A DNA stretch of 64,000 nt, from the NCBI GenBank assembly GCA_043228905.1, contig JBHGNT010000005.1, positions 11,408,001 to 11,472,000 on the forward strand, in the 5' to 3' direction. Both the position numbers and the translations under genes were made by a program. Below the pieces are notes generated by a model. That model did no database searches and was not told where the DNA came from. It worked only from the letters and a program-made list of their open reading frames with translations. This document shows, piece after piece, positions 24,001 to 36,430 of this stretch. Source of the DNA: Azolla caroliniana (lineage: Eukaryota > Plantae > Polypodiophyta). The first letter of the stretch is position 1. The number at the start of each line of letters is the position of its first letter.

Positions 24001-26545
24001 CTTCGTGTGAGTCTACATATGGTGTTAATGCTTGCAAAATATCTACCTCAAATAGAGGGATGATTTTTTTATTATCATCAAAATACTGACTTTCTTCTTC
24101 CTCGTCCAATCCTTCCATCATATTAACTGCTTCTGCATATACAGGTAAACTCTGTTTGCTTGTTGTCACTTTGTTGTGCGTCGGAATCCTGACCTTGTTT
24201 TTTCCTTTTCTAAATGTTAGCACATTTTGTTTCCAATTTTGTTTAATATTAGCTGTCTTTAACCATGGTCTCCCCAATAACAAGGGGTATGCTCCCTGTG
24301 TTTCTAACTGCAAAATTACTGCCGAAATCTGAAAACTGTGTCCCCCGATTATTACATCCAGTTGTCGGAGCAAACCAATCGGTCGTACCGTACTTGTATC
24401 TGCCATTCGTAACCAAAACGGACATGCTTCCCATTCCGTGATTCCCAGTTTTTCACATGTAGTTTTGTTAATCACATTAACACCCGAGCCTCCATCTATA
24501 ATCACATTTCCGATTTCTTGCCCGTAAAGTATTACCTTAATAGACGGATTCTGTTCATCCATGATCGAAGGGTTATTACTTGGCTGATTGTAGTGTACTG
24601 CTATTTGTTCGGAACCTTTATATGTAATTAATGCTGCCACTTTTTCTGTAAACCTTGGTACTAACTTAAGTAAGCCCTTAAGTGGTAATGACACTTGACA
24701 ATCAGCCAACAGTTTCCAAGTTTCTTCCTGTTCCTTATTCTCCAATGACTGTTGTACAGCGATGTCCTGGTCGATGTTATTATCTTGTAACATTCGATTC
24801 ACATTACTTTGATTTGCTTCATCCACCCATTCCTTTGCGGCCTTCCGAACTTCTTCCTGAATTTCCCACTCTGATTGTTTGCTTTTGCTGCGTGTCGTTA
24901 CTTGCTGAACTTCCGGTATTACCATATTAACTGTTGGACCCTTTCCTTTAACCGGACATTGATTAGCATAATGGCCTAGTTGTCGACAAATGTAACAAGT
25001 GGGCACAAATGTTGCACTGGTCTCTCCATGTGCAAATTGCCCGTTATTAAATTGCTGCTCTTCATTACCATTCGAGTTTTGTTGGTATTGACGTGTAGCT
25101 TTTGGTTTGTAAAATCTCTTGTTTTTATACCTATTCGGCCTAAATTGTTCAGTATTATCATTTGGTTGTGCTATATTATGTGGTATCCCGAACTCCTGAT
25201 TTGGCGAAAAATTACTCTGTTGAAACATTTGATTATTTTGTGGAACAGTTTGAGTATTATGTTGAAAAGTCATATTACCCGGTTGAAATGCCGGATTTGG
25301 TTGAAATGTAGAATTCGGTTGCACATTCGGACAGTTCTGTTGAAACCCTTGAAATGGTGGATTACCTTGTTGGAAACTTTGATTATTTTGTTGAAAATAT
25401 TGATTCGGATTCTGTACGAATGGTGGGTTGGATTGAGCAAAACCTGGTTGAAATGTTTGAGTCACTTGAGTGGGTTGCAAATTTTGTTGTGAAAAGATCT
25501 GATTTGGCTGCAGAACCGAGTTCTGTTGTACATTTTGCTGATTTTGTGAAAAATTATTATTTTGATAACCATTGAACAGATTAGTGTTATTTTGGTAACC
25601 ATTGTCAGCAAAAATTTGTCGTACTGACGCTGTAGTCTTATTAAGCAGATTATATTCACATTGTTCTACGGAATGTAATTTTGAATGACATATTGTACAA
25701 TGTGTTCTTAACGTACAGTCAATTGCCGAATGCCCCGTATTTAAACAAGTGGTGCATTGCACTGCTTGTCGAAATTGTAACTCCTCCATTGTTGGTAATG
25801 TTCGGTGTAATGTCGACATGTCCATACTCTGAACATTGACCGGTGGTCGACCCATTTCTATTGCTTTATCAATGACTTGTTCGATAGTCTGATTTCGAAA
25901 ATCGAACACTTTCAATGTCGTCCTTAATGGTTCTTTTACAGCTTCTAGAAAGACTTCTTTTAATTCTTTATCCGGAATCGGTCTTGAAATCTGAAGCTGT
26001 AAGTTCTGAAATCGTATCACAAACTGAGATACTGTTTCATTTTTTTCTTGATATAACGCATAAAATTGCGCAATCAAATCCTTCTGCGGAATTTGTTGAT
26101 GAAATAATTGTAAAAATTTACTAGTTAATACTTCGAAGGATGGAAATCCTTGAAGACCGTTCTGCGCAAACCAATTAGCGGAATATCCGTCTAATGATAA
26201 GACAAACTCAGCGATTTTTGACTTATCTTCGGCATCTGCCGACAATCGCTGAGCTCCATGGTTAATCTCCCATGTCGTTAAGAAATCCCTAACATGTGCT
26301 TCTGCATCTGTTCCTTCCCGGAACTTAGAATAAGTATAAGGCATATCGTCCCAAATGTCGTAAAACGATACCTCTTCCGTCTGTTTTTCGTCTGAAGGTA
26401 ATTGATCGGATAAGTCAGGGAGTTTCGACCACTTTGTGCTTGATTCCGGCTGTTCTTTCGTAATGAACGCTTGCTGCACTACCTTCGTAACTGACCTTGT
26501 ACGAGGGCGCTTACAACTGACCGGTGCCTCCTCTTCATACGACAT
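21053..26545 (-). CDS. Gypsy D gag-pol (single premature TAA at 22121-22123 in the integrase HHCC region)
   Basis: The 1474-aa and 337-aa ORFs are in frame. CCHC knuckles, IIDGGSG, FLDD, VDAS, WGLDFVGP. Confidence 0.93.
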
Positions 26546-26580
26546 CCATTCGAATTGTTCTCTGCTTAATTGCAGATGTA

Positions 26581-26593
26581 ACCGGGCGTGCCA
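26581..26593 (-). promoter_or_regulatory. Gypsy D PBS (probably tRNA-Arg(UCU))
   Basis: Minus strand TGGCACGCCCGGT, 11 nt after the 5' LTR. Confidence 0.75.
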
Positions 26594-26604
26594 AAATTCT
26601 TCTG

Positions 26605-27060
26605 TGTTAATCGGCTAATTACTAACTACTCCCGATACAGAAGAGTGAACGTCGCTACTCAACGTTCTAACAAGGAATTGTGTTTTACGAACGGAATTGC
26701 TATATTAATCGGTAATTCTCGTGATCGTTATTTAGCTATAAATTAGGAAGCTTGCACTTAAGATCATAGACAACAGAGAAACACAGAATCCGTACAAGAT
26801 ATTCCTAACTTAAACTTATATTACTAAATAAAACGACCTTTCTTACAATGCCTTTGGTTCCCTTTTATAGGTATACCGAAGGTCTTTTCTCATCAAGAAC
26901 TATTCCTACTCTCTAACAAGATTTACAAAATTATCTAACTAACTTAGTTCTCTTCGTTTTACTGCTGAGTCATTGATCCGAACAGTCGATCCGAACCGAC
27001 TCTGTTTTTCGACGCTTTCCCACCTGTTCGGTAAAACTGACTGTCCGGGTCCGGGTAACA
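26605..27060 (-). repeat. Gypsy D 5' LTR
   Basis: Copy of 17712-18167. Confidence 0.95.
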
Positions 27061-27075
27061 ATTGGATGTAGGTGG

Positions 27076-27956
27076 TGACAGGAACTACACGCTCCCTTTG
27101 CACAACGCTCGGCCACAACCGAGCCTAGAATAATACACAGAAAACAGGGAATGAAACACAACACGATAGAGAGAAGAGTACACAAGATGTTTACGTGGAA
27201 AACCCAAACTCGGGAAAAAACCACGGCAGCCCACAGGCTGCAAACTATCACTATGTTACAGTGTACAACAGTAAAGCACCGAGGCAACAACCTCAAGCTT
27301 TCACTCTTCGCCACAGGCGGCGGTTACAATCAGAGGCAACGACCTCTTCCTCTCTCTCTCACTCTCTCTGTACACAGTTGCGTGCTCTAATCTTGCGCCA
27401 ACAAGAATGACAACAACTCTATATTCTCTGTTTTCCCTAAGTCATATTTATACTAATATGACTTTTCGGCTATTTACAAATATAGCCCCGATGGACTCTC
27501 AGAAACATATTTACAAATATGTCCCTTCATCCAGTGATCACTCTTCACCGGGCACTCATCATCCGGTTCTCACCGGGTCATCCGTAGCCGGGTACTCCTC
27601 ATCCGGTTCTCACCGGGTCTTCATCATCTGGTTCTCACCGAGTCATCCGTAGCCGGGTACTCTTCATCCGGTTCTCACCGGGTCTTCATCATCCGGTTCT
27701 CACTGGGTCTGCACCATCCCGCTCTTCGTAGCCAAGTACTCTTCATCCGGTTCTCACCAAGTCTGCACCATCCAGCTCTCCGTAGCCGGGTACTCTTCAT
27801 TCGGTTCTCACTGGGTTCGCACCATCCGGCTCTCCGTAGCCGGGTACTCTTCATCCGGTTCTCACCGGGTCTGCACCATCCGGCTCTCCGTAGTTAGGTA
27901 CTCCTCATCCGGTTCTCACCGGGTCTTCACCATCCGGAGGGACCTGTTTCCTAACA
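27076..27956 (-). mobile_element. Solo LTR of a copia B-related family (881 bp) with an expanded tandem array
   Basis: TSD GGTGG at 27071-27075 and 27957-27961. Reverse complement resembles the B LTR (GGTCCCTCCGGATGG, GGTTTTCCACGTAAA). Repeat array at ~27535-27935. Confidence 0.9.
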
Positions 27957-29235
27957 GGTGGGTGTACAAGGTGAAGTACAACATTGACGGCTCAATCAAC
28001 TGATACAAGGCCCGGTTAGTAGCAAAAGGCTATGCGCAGCAACACGGCATTGATTACAATGAGACATTTGTGTCGGTCACAAAGATGATGACAATCCGTG
28101 TTTTGCTTGCAGTAACTATGGCGAAGGGATGGAACTTACATCAGATAAATGTAAAGAATGTGTTCCTACAAGGCGAGCTTGAGGAACAAGTGTACATGGT
28201 ACAACCCCCCGTATTTACCTCCAGAACGAAAACTTCAGCGGTATGCTAGTTGAAGAAGTCCCTTTACGGACTAAAGCAAGCCTCGCTTGCCTGGAACGCA
28301 AAGATCACGCAGTAATTGCATCGGATGGGATTTGCGACATCCAAATCGGACTCTTCATTGTTCATCCGGCAAGGTCGACTTGGGCTGGTTAGTATTTTAC
28401 TTTATGTTGATGACTTGGTCATCGGCGGCATCGACCTAGGTGAAATTGACCGCGGAAAGCTCCAGCTTGCGACATCATTTGATATGAAGGACTTGGGGGA
28501 CCTTCATTACTTTCTCGGGATAGAAGTGATCCGAACCCCCAAAGGCATATTGATCAGCCAACGACATTGCATGTTGAGTATGCTCTTCAAGTTTGGGATG
28601 GCAGACTGTAAGTCCATCTCAATTCCTCTGGACAAAACCGTGAAGCTTCGCCCCGACTCCGGAAATGTCTGCGACTTGAAAAGGTTCCAAAAGATTGTTG
28701 GAAGCCTCATATACTTGACTATTACCCGGCCGGACCTCAGTTACCCAGTCGGTTTGATTAGTCAGTTTATGGTGCGGCCAACCGAGGAGCACCTTCAGTG
28801 CGCGCAATGTGTACTCAGGTACGTCAGTGGCACTAAGGAATGAGGGCTACTATATCGAACCAGTACTATCGTGGAGCTAGTCGGCTATACAGATGCCGAC
28901 TGGGCTGGAAACGCTGGAGATCACCAATCCACATCCGGATTCACATTCTCCCTTGGGAGCACCGCGATTGCGTGAAGTAGCGAGAAGTAGCCGATAGTTG
29001 CATTGTCAAGCACAGAGGCCAAATATCGAGGAGCAGTTGTCGCAATGTGCGAAGCCATATAGCTGAAGTGGCTACTTAAGGATCTACAGGTGGAGGTGTC
29101 CGGTCCGACGACGATCTACAGCGACAACCTCAACAACATCCAACTTGCGAAGAACTCCATCTTCCACGCCCAGACTAAGCACATTGAGGTGCACTACCAC
29201 TTTGTCCACGAGCATGTCCTCTCTTGTGAAGTCAA
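27957..29235 (+). pseudogene. Copia A reverse transcriptase and RNase H (degenerate)
   Basis: WVYKVKY...YKARLVAKG...LLYVDDL...GYTDADWAG...TKHIEVHYHF. Confidence 0.9.
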
Positions 29236-30489
29236 TGTTGGTCGGTTAAGGGCCCAAAGGACAAATGGGAAAAGGGCGAGTCAGAGAAATGTATATATTT
29301 AGAATTAAATAGAATTATTATTCGGAGGGAAGGATCCGGTATAGTTGTACCGATCTGGGTCCGAACCGATTTGTAGTCGGTTGCCAATAGGGCACCATTT
29401 TATAATGACACCAGATTCCTATAAAAAGGATCTGACCTGATGTAATGTTTACAAAAGTAATAGAAGATTATATATTGAGCAATTTATGCTTGCATCTTGT
29501 GTACTTGTCGTCTGTGTTTAATATTAAGACCCTACACGTGTTAATTACCAAAGCATCCTAACCCTACCACCCCTTTGGATAACTGTTCCGGGAGATGACA
29601 CCTTGTGTTGTGGCTAGTCCGGCCAGGGATCAACACAATTTTGGGGACCATGATTCCTGCAGTGTGCAGAGAACACTGGGGGATGGATGTCTAAACTGAC
29701 TAACGACCAAGTCACCTAACGAGGAAGAAGACTAGCCGAAAGACAGAAGAGGCAGGAAGCCTTCTAGCAAGCGACCGAGGAGATCTGATAGGATCGATCT
29801 TTTCCCAGAGTGCTTTGGAGGGTCGCAGAAGAAGCACTTTGGTTCCAAGAACAACAATTTTCTGACAAGGGCAATAGCTTGACGAGTCTGCGAGAGGCAT
29901 ACTCGATACTGCAGATGTTTGCTGAAGGAAACGGAGACTCGGAGGCATTCTCGGCCTTGGAGTCAGAATCATATAGTGAACAAAGCATTCAGTTAAATTA
30001 CAAAAGTAGCCACGATACTTTGGACGATCCGGAGGATGACGAGTCGAACAGCTCATCGACACCAGAACCAACGGAGGAATTACCCTTGGTACCAGGAGAG
30101 CGGCAATCTCCAAACAAGACCAAACGCACACCGACACCACCCGCGGAGAAAGTAAGAGAATGCACACCAACACCACCCGCAGACAAAGTGGAAGACCGCA
30201 CACCAACACCACCCGAAGAGCAAGAAAAAGATCACACACCTCCGGTACAACCTTTTGAAGATTGCACCATGTTGTACCCATATCCGATGTATAGTGATGA
30301 CCCCAACACGGAGGCACACGTTTATGCGTTCTGACAAACGTGGGAAGCGAATCATGTGTCCCAAAGGCTAACCGAACTGGAAGCCGAACGGTCAAAAATT
30401 GCAGAATTCGGCATGACATTAGAGGGACCGGCATCCCGTTGGCACGTAAAGAATCTACCCGGAAACTTTGCCACATTCGAGGATTTGAA

Positions 30490-33400
30490 AAGTATAATAG
30501 AGTAGAACGAAGATAAGACTCGAGAACAAGAGAGAGGAAAAGAACAAGAACTGAACTTATAGAATCCGTAACTTGTGTTGTTCACCTTGATTAGAATCAA
30601 GGTGCACATGAGTATTTATACAAGAGGGTAGGGCTTTGTAAGCCAGTTAGAAATAGAGTGCATGAGGATGCATGCAATAGAGTATGCATGAGGATGCATG
30701 GAAGCTAGAGAATGAGAATGCATGTAAGCTAGGAACTTCCAATGTTCAATCTACATTATATGAAGTTGAATTAAATACAAGGATGCATATGTAGCTCAAG
30801 TGGTAGGGTTTGCCCAATAGAGACCATGAGGTGTTGGGTTAAATCCCTACCTTCCTCTTTGGCATACGTCTATGACATTATCTTCCCTCTAAGGTCGCCG
30901 CCTAACACCCGCAACCAGTTTAGGGGGGTATCATTGGTGAAAAGCACGAGTTGCCTCCAGTGCATTTTGTAAGTGTGTAACCGGTTCCCATGTGGCATCC
31001 GAAAGAGGGTAACCTTTCCATAAGACCAAGTATTGAAGTCGTTGTCGATGCAAGCGAGAGTCTAGGATCCGTTCAACCTCATACTCCTCACCTGTCGATA
31101 ATTCCACAGGCGGCGGCGGATGAGGTTGGCATCCCAGAATGCGAGAAGGATGATAGAGTTCGAGGAGAGAGACGTGGAAAACATTGTGAAGCCGAAATGT
31201 GGGGGGAAGCGCTAACCGGAAGGCGACTGGGTTAATGCGCTCGAGGATACAGAAGGGGCCTAGCTTTTTGAAGTCAAGCTTCGCGCAGGGACAGGTGGTT
31301 GCGATATGCCGACGTAGCAACCAAACCATGTCACCGACTGCGAAGGTCAGCGTGACTAGGCGATGTCGGTCAGCGTGAGCGTTATACTGTTTGCCAGAGG
31401 CATGGAGCTCGAGGGAGAGATCATAGTGGACATCTTGTAAGGTGTGGGCATGCTTCTCGACCGACGGATTGATGTATATCTCCGGAATGGAAATGCTGAA
31501 ATGAAGGTGGAAACCGTAATTTGCAAAGAATGGGGAAACTTTAGTTGAGGCATGGATACTGTTACTGTAGGCAAATTCTGCCATGGAAAGGAGGTCCACC
31601 CAATCGTTTTGTTGGTAGCTAACTGAACAACAGAGGTATTGTTCGAGGATTTGGTTGACTCTTTCGGTTTGGCCATCAGTTTGAGGGTGGTGCGCGGTTG
31701 ACAAGTTCACAGAAGTCCCGAATGTCTGTAGCAGTCGGCGCCAAAAGTGGGAGATAAATTGAGGACCTCGATTAGAAGTGACATCCTTAGGCAAACTATG
31801 TAAGAGGACGACATTTTTCAGAAAAAGGGTAGTTGTCTCCTCCCCCGAAATGGTTTTCGAACATGGGACAAAGTGAGCCATCTTCGAAAATTGATCGACG
31901 ACCACTAGCACCGTATCATGGTCACTGACTCGAGGAAGGTCGGGGATAAAGTCCATGGAGAGAGATGCCCAAGGTCAACTGGGGATTGGAAGTGGGTGTA
32001 GAAGGCCATATGGACGATGGTGAGCCGCTTTGGAGCGAGCACAGATGTCACAAGTTTTGATAAATTCTTTGACCAATTTCCAAGGTTGAGGCCACCAAAA
32101 CCCCCGAGAAAGCAATGCCAGCGTTTTGGCAACCCCAAAGTGTCCGACTAGAGGATCATCATGGCAAGTTTGTAGAACTCGGAGGCGACATGGGCCATCT
32201 GCTATGTAAAGGAGGTGATTACGATAGAGTAGCCCATCGTGAATTGTAAAGTGACTGAGATCTGAGCTTTCCCATTCCTGGGATGGGTTATTGAGGCGCG
32301 CCATGATGTCAATAGCGAAAGGGTCCGATGTGGTTGCTTGGGCAATCTCGTTGAGCAAGGAATCATCGTGCAACAGATAGGTCGCGAACATGTGGAGTTG
32401 ATCGGGCCGCAATAAACAATGTGATTGCTGAGAATAAGCATCGTCGCCTGGACGCAATGCAAAATCGGGTCGCTGAGAGAGAGCATCCGCTTTCCCATGT
32501 TAAATGCCGGGTCGGAACAAGATTTCGAAGTCGTAGTCAGCAAGAAAAGATGAGCAACGAGCCTACCTCCGATTCAACGTATGAGTGGTGGTGAAGTAGA
32601 TGAGATTCTTATGGTCGTTCACCACCTGAATACGATGTTGCGCCCCAATCAGATAGGGTCTCCATTCAGCGAAGGCCGAGATGATAGCTGCGAGCTCCTT
32701 GTCGTAGACCGGATAATTGATTTCCGGGATTGTAAACTTCCAAGAGTAGAAGGCGATCGAATGTAGGGTGCCATCATCATCAGGTTGGGACAAGACTGCA
32801 CCTATGGCAAAGTCGGAGGCGTTGGTTTCAACCTAGAAAGGGCGGGCGGGGTCCGGGTGGACTAGCAGGGGGGCGGAGAGAAAAGCTACTTTGAGGTCAT
32901 TAAAAGCATTATGTGTTGCGGGGGTCCAAAGAAATGTAGTATCTTTCCGGGTAAGTTGGATGAGAGGTTGGACTAGGGAGGAGAACCCATCTATAAATCG
33001 TCTATAAAAATTTGCAAAACCAAGAAACGATTGTACCTCTTTCAGCCGAGTCAGGAGAGGCCAATTAGTGATTGCGGCGACCTTGCGTTTATCCATTGTG
33101 ATCCCGGCAGGTGAGATCATGTAACCTAGGAATTCCACAAAGGTCCGATCGAATTCACATTTCTCACTTTTGGCGAAGAGCCATATTCTCGGAGTTTGGT
33201 GAGAACCAGTCGGACGTGGTGTGTGTGCTCCTCCCAGTTGGAAGAAAAAACTAGGATGTCATCAAGGTAGATGACCACGAAATGATCGAGATACTCTCAA
33301 AAAATATCGTTCATCATGTGCTGGAAGACAGCCGAAGTGTTGATAAGGCCGAAAGGCATCACTTTGTACTCGAAATGTCCATAGCGCGTCCAAAAAGTTT

Positions 33401-34729
33401 TTTTCCACTCGTCCCCAGGCTTCATGCGCACCAAATTGTAGGCGCCCCGAAGGTCGGTTTTGGAGAAGATATGCCCCATTCGGAGTCGATCGAGGAGCGC
33501 TGGAATTAAGGGCAGGGGGTAATGATTACGTACCGTAACTTTGTTGAGACCCCGATAATCAACACATAACAATAAGGAGCCGTCCTTCTTTTTGACAAAT
33601 AAGATTGGTGCCCCGGCTGTTGATTTTGAGGGTTGAATGAAGCCCTTCGCAAGATTCTCAGCCAAATCCCCCGTTCTTCTTGACGAAGTTCGGAAATATG
33701 ATTCTCACACTAGACAGCTTGGGAGATTACCTGAGACAACGATGTGGGCTCCAGGAAGTTTAAGAGAAGAGTTTTGACGTCATTTCAAAGAACACGACGG
33801 AAATGGTCGCATAAGGCTTGGTCATCCCAACTAACATCACAGACAATCTGGCAGAACTCTAAGGCGTAGAACGAGGCAAGACGTGAACCTTGTTGGACAG
33901 AATAAAGCTTTGTGAGTGCCGTTCATCGCAGATCTGTCTCACCAGATGTCGCTTCGAGCTCCTCCATGAAAGCGGTGAAGTCCTCCAAGAGAGGGGATGA
34001 GGTCTCGATCAAGAGTGAAAACCACGCTTGCGCCGGCCCAGAGAGAAGAGTGTCGACAAGCCCAACGCGAGAAAAGTCGCTAGCATACCGTTGGGGCTGT
34101 AATCGGATGATAAGCCGAATTTGGTTGATGAAGCCACGAAGATATGCCCTTGTGCCATTGAATTTGTCAGGTAAGCTGATGGTTGGTTCGAGGACATATG
34201 GATGAGAAGAGGACATGGTCAGGCTAGGTGTTGACGGTGGTTGGGACTCAGCGGCTAGTGGATTTCTTGAAGTGCCGGATTGCAACTCTCATACTGATTC
34301 CCGAAGGATTTCATTTTCCAATTGAAGTTGTTGCAAGGCTGCCATGACTTCGTTTAGGTTGTCGACGGAGCCGGACATGGTAGCAAGAAAAGGAAGGTGA
34401 ACAAACTGTCACGGACAAGTATAATAGAATAGAACGAAGATAAGACTCGAGAACAAGAGAGAGGAAAAGAACAAGAACTGAACTTATAGAATCCGTAACT
34501 TGTGTTGTTCACCTTGATTAGAATCAAGGTGCACATGAGTATTTATACAAGAGGGTAGGGCTTTGTAAGCCAGCTAGAAATAGAGTGCATGAGGATGCAT
34601 GCAAGCTAGAGAATGAGAATGCATGTAAGCTAGGAACTTCCAATGTTCAATCGACACTATATGAGGTTGAATTAAATACAAGGTCTTGGGTTCAATCCCT
34701 ACCTTCCTCTGTGGCATATGTCTATGACA
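30490..34729 (-). mobile_element. Element F: Tcn1-like chromovirus (Ty3/gypsy), degenerate
   Basis: LTRs ~30490-30877 and 34407-34729. PPT AGAGGGAAGATAA at 30878-30890 (minus strand). PEG10-like gag (LPDKFNG), RT, RH, IN and chromodomain EEYEVERILDSR...YLVLWKGYP...TWEP. Confidence 0.9.
30931..34378 (-). pseudogene. Chromovirus F gag-pol with C-terminal chromodomain (protease region apparently deleted near 33665)
   Basis: ORF fragments 33923-34285, 33297-33665, 32833-33138, 32563-32793, 31975-32457 and 30931-31956. Confidence 0.88.
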
Positions 34730-35912
34730 CAAAAAAATTCTGACTATTCCATAGGCAAGTGGAACAATGCGAACTAGTCGGTCAGTTTTACACAACCCAC
34801 TAAGCAAAGCAGGAGATAGTGCCCCAATTTATCATCCAATTTCAAACACTACACAAACAGTGGACAAGGGCACCTCCAGAGGATGAGGCGAAAGTAGTGT
34901 TTCTGGCCGCTCTACGGGAACCCCTCCGAATGATGTGTGCGGTACTAGATTTCCAGGTCAGTACAGTGGATCAAGTCATCGATTGGGTGCTGGAAATGGA
35001 TAAACATAGCTCCCTGATGTCGATGGGAGCCCTTCATCGGGCCCTTCCAAAAGAGGAGGATCTGAAGTTTCACCAGGCATTGCAATGCACAACGTGTCTA
35101 AACCCGGGCCATACTACAGTAGACTGCACAATGAGGACGCAATGTATGATATGCCACTCAAGGGCACATACAACAGACCGATGTGAGTACAACCTACTCA
35201 ACCGACAAGCGGCATTGGTGTGGAACATTGAACCACGTAGCAGTCACGAACCAAAGGATGAACGGTTCCGGAGGGAGAACCATTACCGACCGAAACGTGG
35301 GGATCGGTACAATGATAGAAGACTCGACGACTATGAGCATGATCACGATGACCGACGCAGGGAAGGCTACAACCGAGATCAGTATGAACGAGACTACTCC
35401 CCAGATTACGACCGGAGAAGGGACGATAGACGTTATCCAAAACGACAAGGAAACCAGAATTTCCGACGTAACCAAAGACAATGTTATTTTCGCAAGGAAG
35501 AGCGCCGGGAAGCAGCCAGAGAGTACAATCAAGGAAGCACAAACACCGTTGTGACACCACCGGAGCAACGAAAAATGGATGACAACCGCCGGATAACCTC
35601 CGATGCACAGATCAGGAACACGGACAAGAGGGAATCAAGCAACAACCGAAAGGTATATTGCTATTATTGCCGGAAGGATGGGTATTATAGTAACCAATGT
35701 CCGGTCAAGGCTAACAAAAAACAACCAGCGGTAAACATGGTCACCGATGAAGTTACCGACGTTCAGCAAGTCAATACCCGTTCCAAAGAAAAAGCGGTCG
35801 AGTGGGAAACTCAGGAGTATATCCGGAAGCAAGCCACCGAATGGATCAAGAAATCCAATGAACGTAATGTGGCCAAGATACAGGAACAAAACATACAACT
35901 AGAGGAGCCCGT

Positions 35913-36430
35913 TGTCGCGTTGCTACGTGCATGCGTGTAGAATGAGGCGGGACCACGGGGGTCTCGGACGAGGGAAGAAGAGGAGAGGGAATAAGACACA
36001 AAATGGAAGCTTAGCTCAAGAGGAGAAGAGAAAGAATAACACATAAACATAGAATAGAATAGAATCAAGATACACCCACAAGGCAAGAAGATCAACAAGC
36101 TATGTAAAAAAATGAACGAATGATTACAACAATGGTGGCCACATGGACCGCACCAAAACTATGAGAAAACCCTAACCGAAACCCTAACCCTAAAGCGGTA
36201 AGAACTCTAGACTAAGTCGTATACCTCTCATACGCAAAATAGGCAACCCTTTCATAAGTGACCCCTCCCTTCCTTTTATAGCCCAAGGAGGGAGGGACCT
36301 TACAATGTGGGACAAAATTTCCCCTCTTATTTCTATACACCATTTCCTAGTACATGTGTGCACATGTTGCACACCACCGATTTGCCCTTTTCACCCCGGT
36401 TTCCGCCTATGGATGAAAATCTTCGTGACA
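35913..36430 (-). mobile_element. Solo LTR (518 bp) of the gypsy G-related family
   Basis: TGTCGCG...CGTGACA termini and a 4-bp TSD CCGT. Removing it restores E-P-V-K in E gag. Its reverse-complement end resembles 505-545 and 58125-58160. Confidence 0.85.

Larger units (their letters stand above)
17712..27060 (-). mobile_element. Gypsy D: very young Athila-like element with ORF2
   Basis: 456-bp LTRs at 17712-18167 and 26605-27060 with 1 difference seen. TSD ATTGG at 17707-17711 and 27061-27065. Confidence 0.96.

Noticed and set aside
27535-27935. CRISPR-like periodic repeats (also 1690-1830)
   Set aside because: No unique spacers, no cas genes, eukaryotic context; they are LTR tandem repeats.
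30781-30857. Functional tRNA gene
   Set aside because: A/B boxes are present but there is no convincing acceptor or anticodon stem, and it lies within an LTR.
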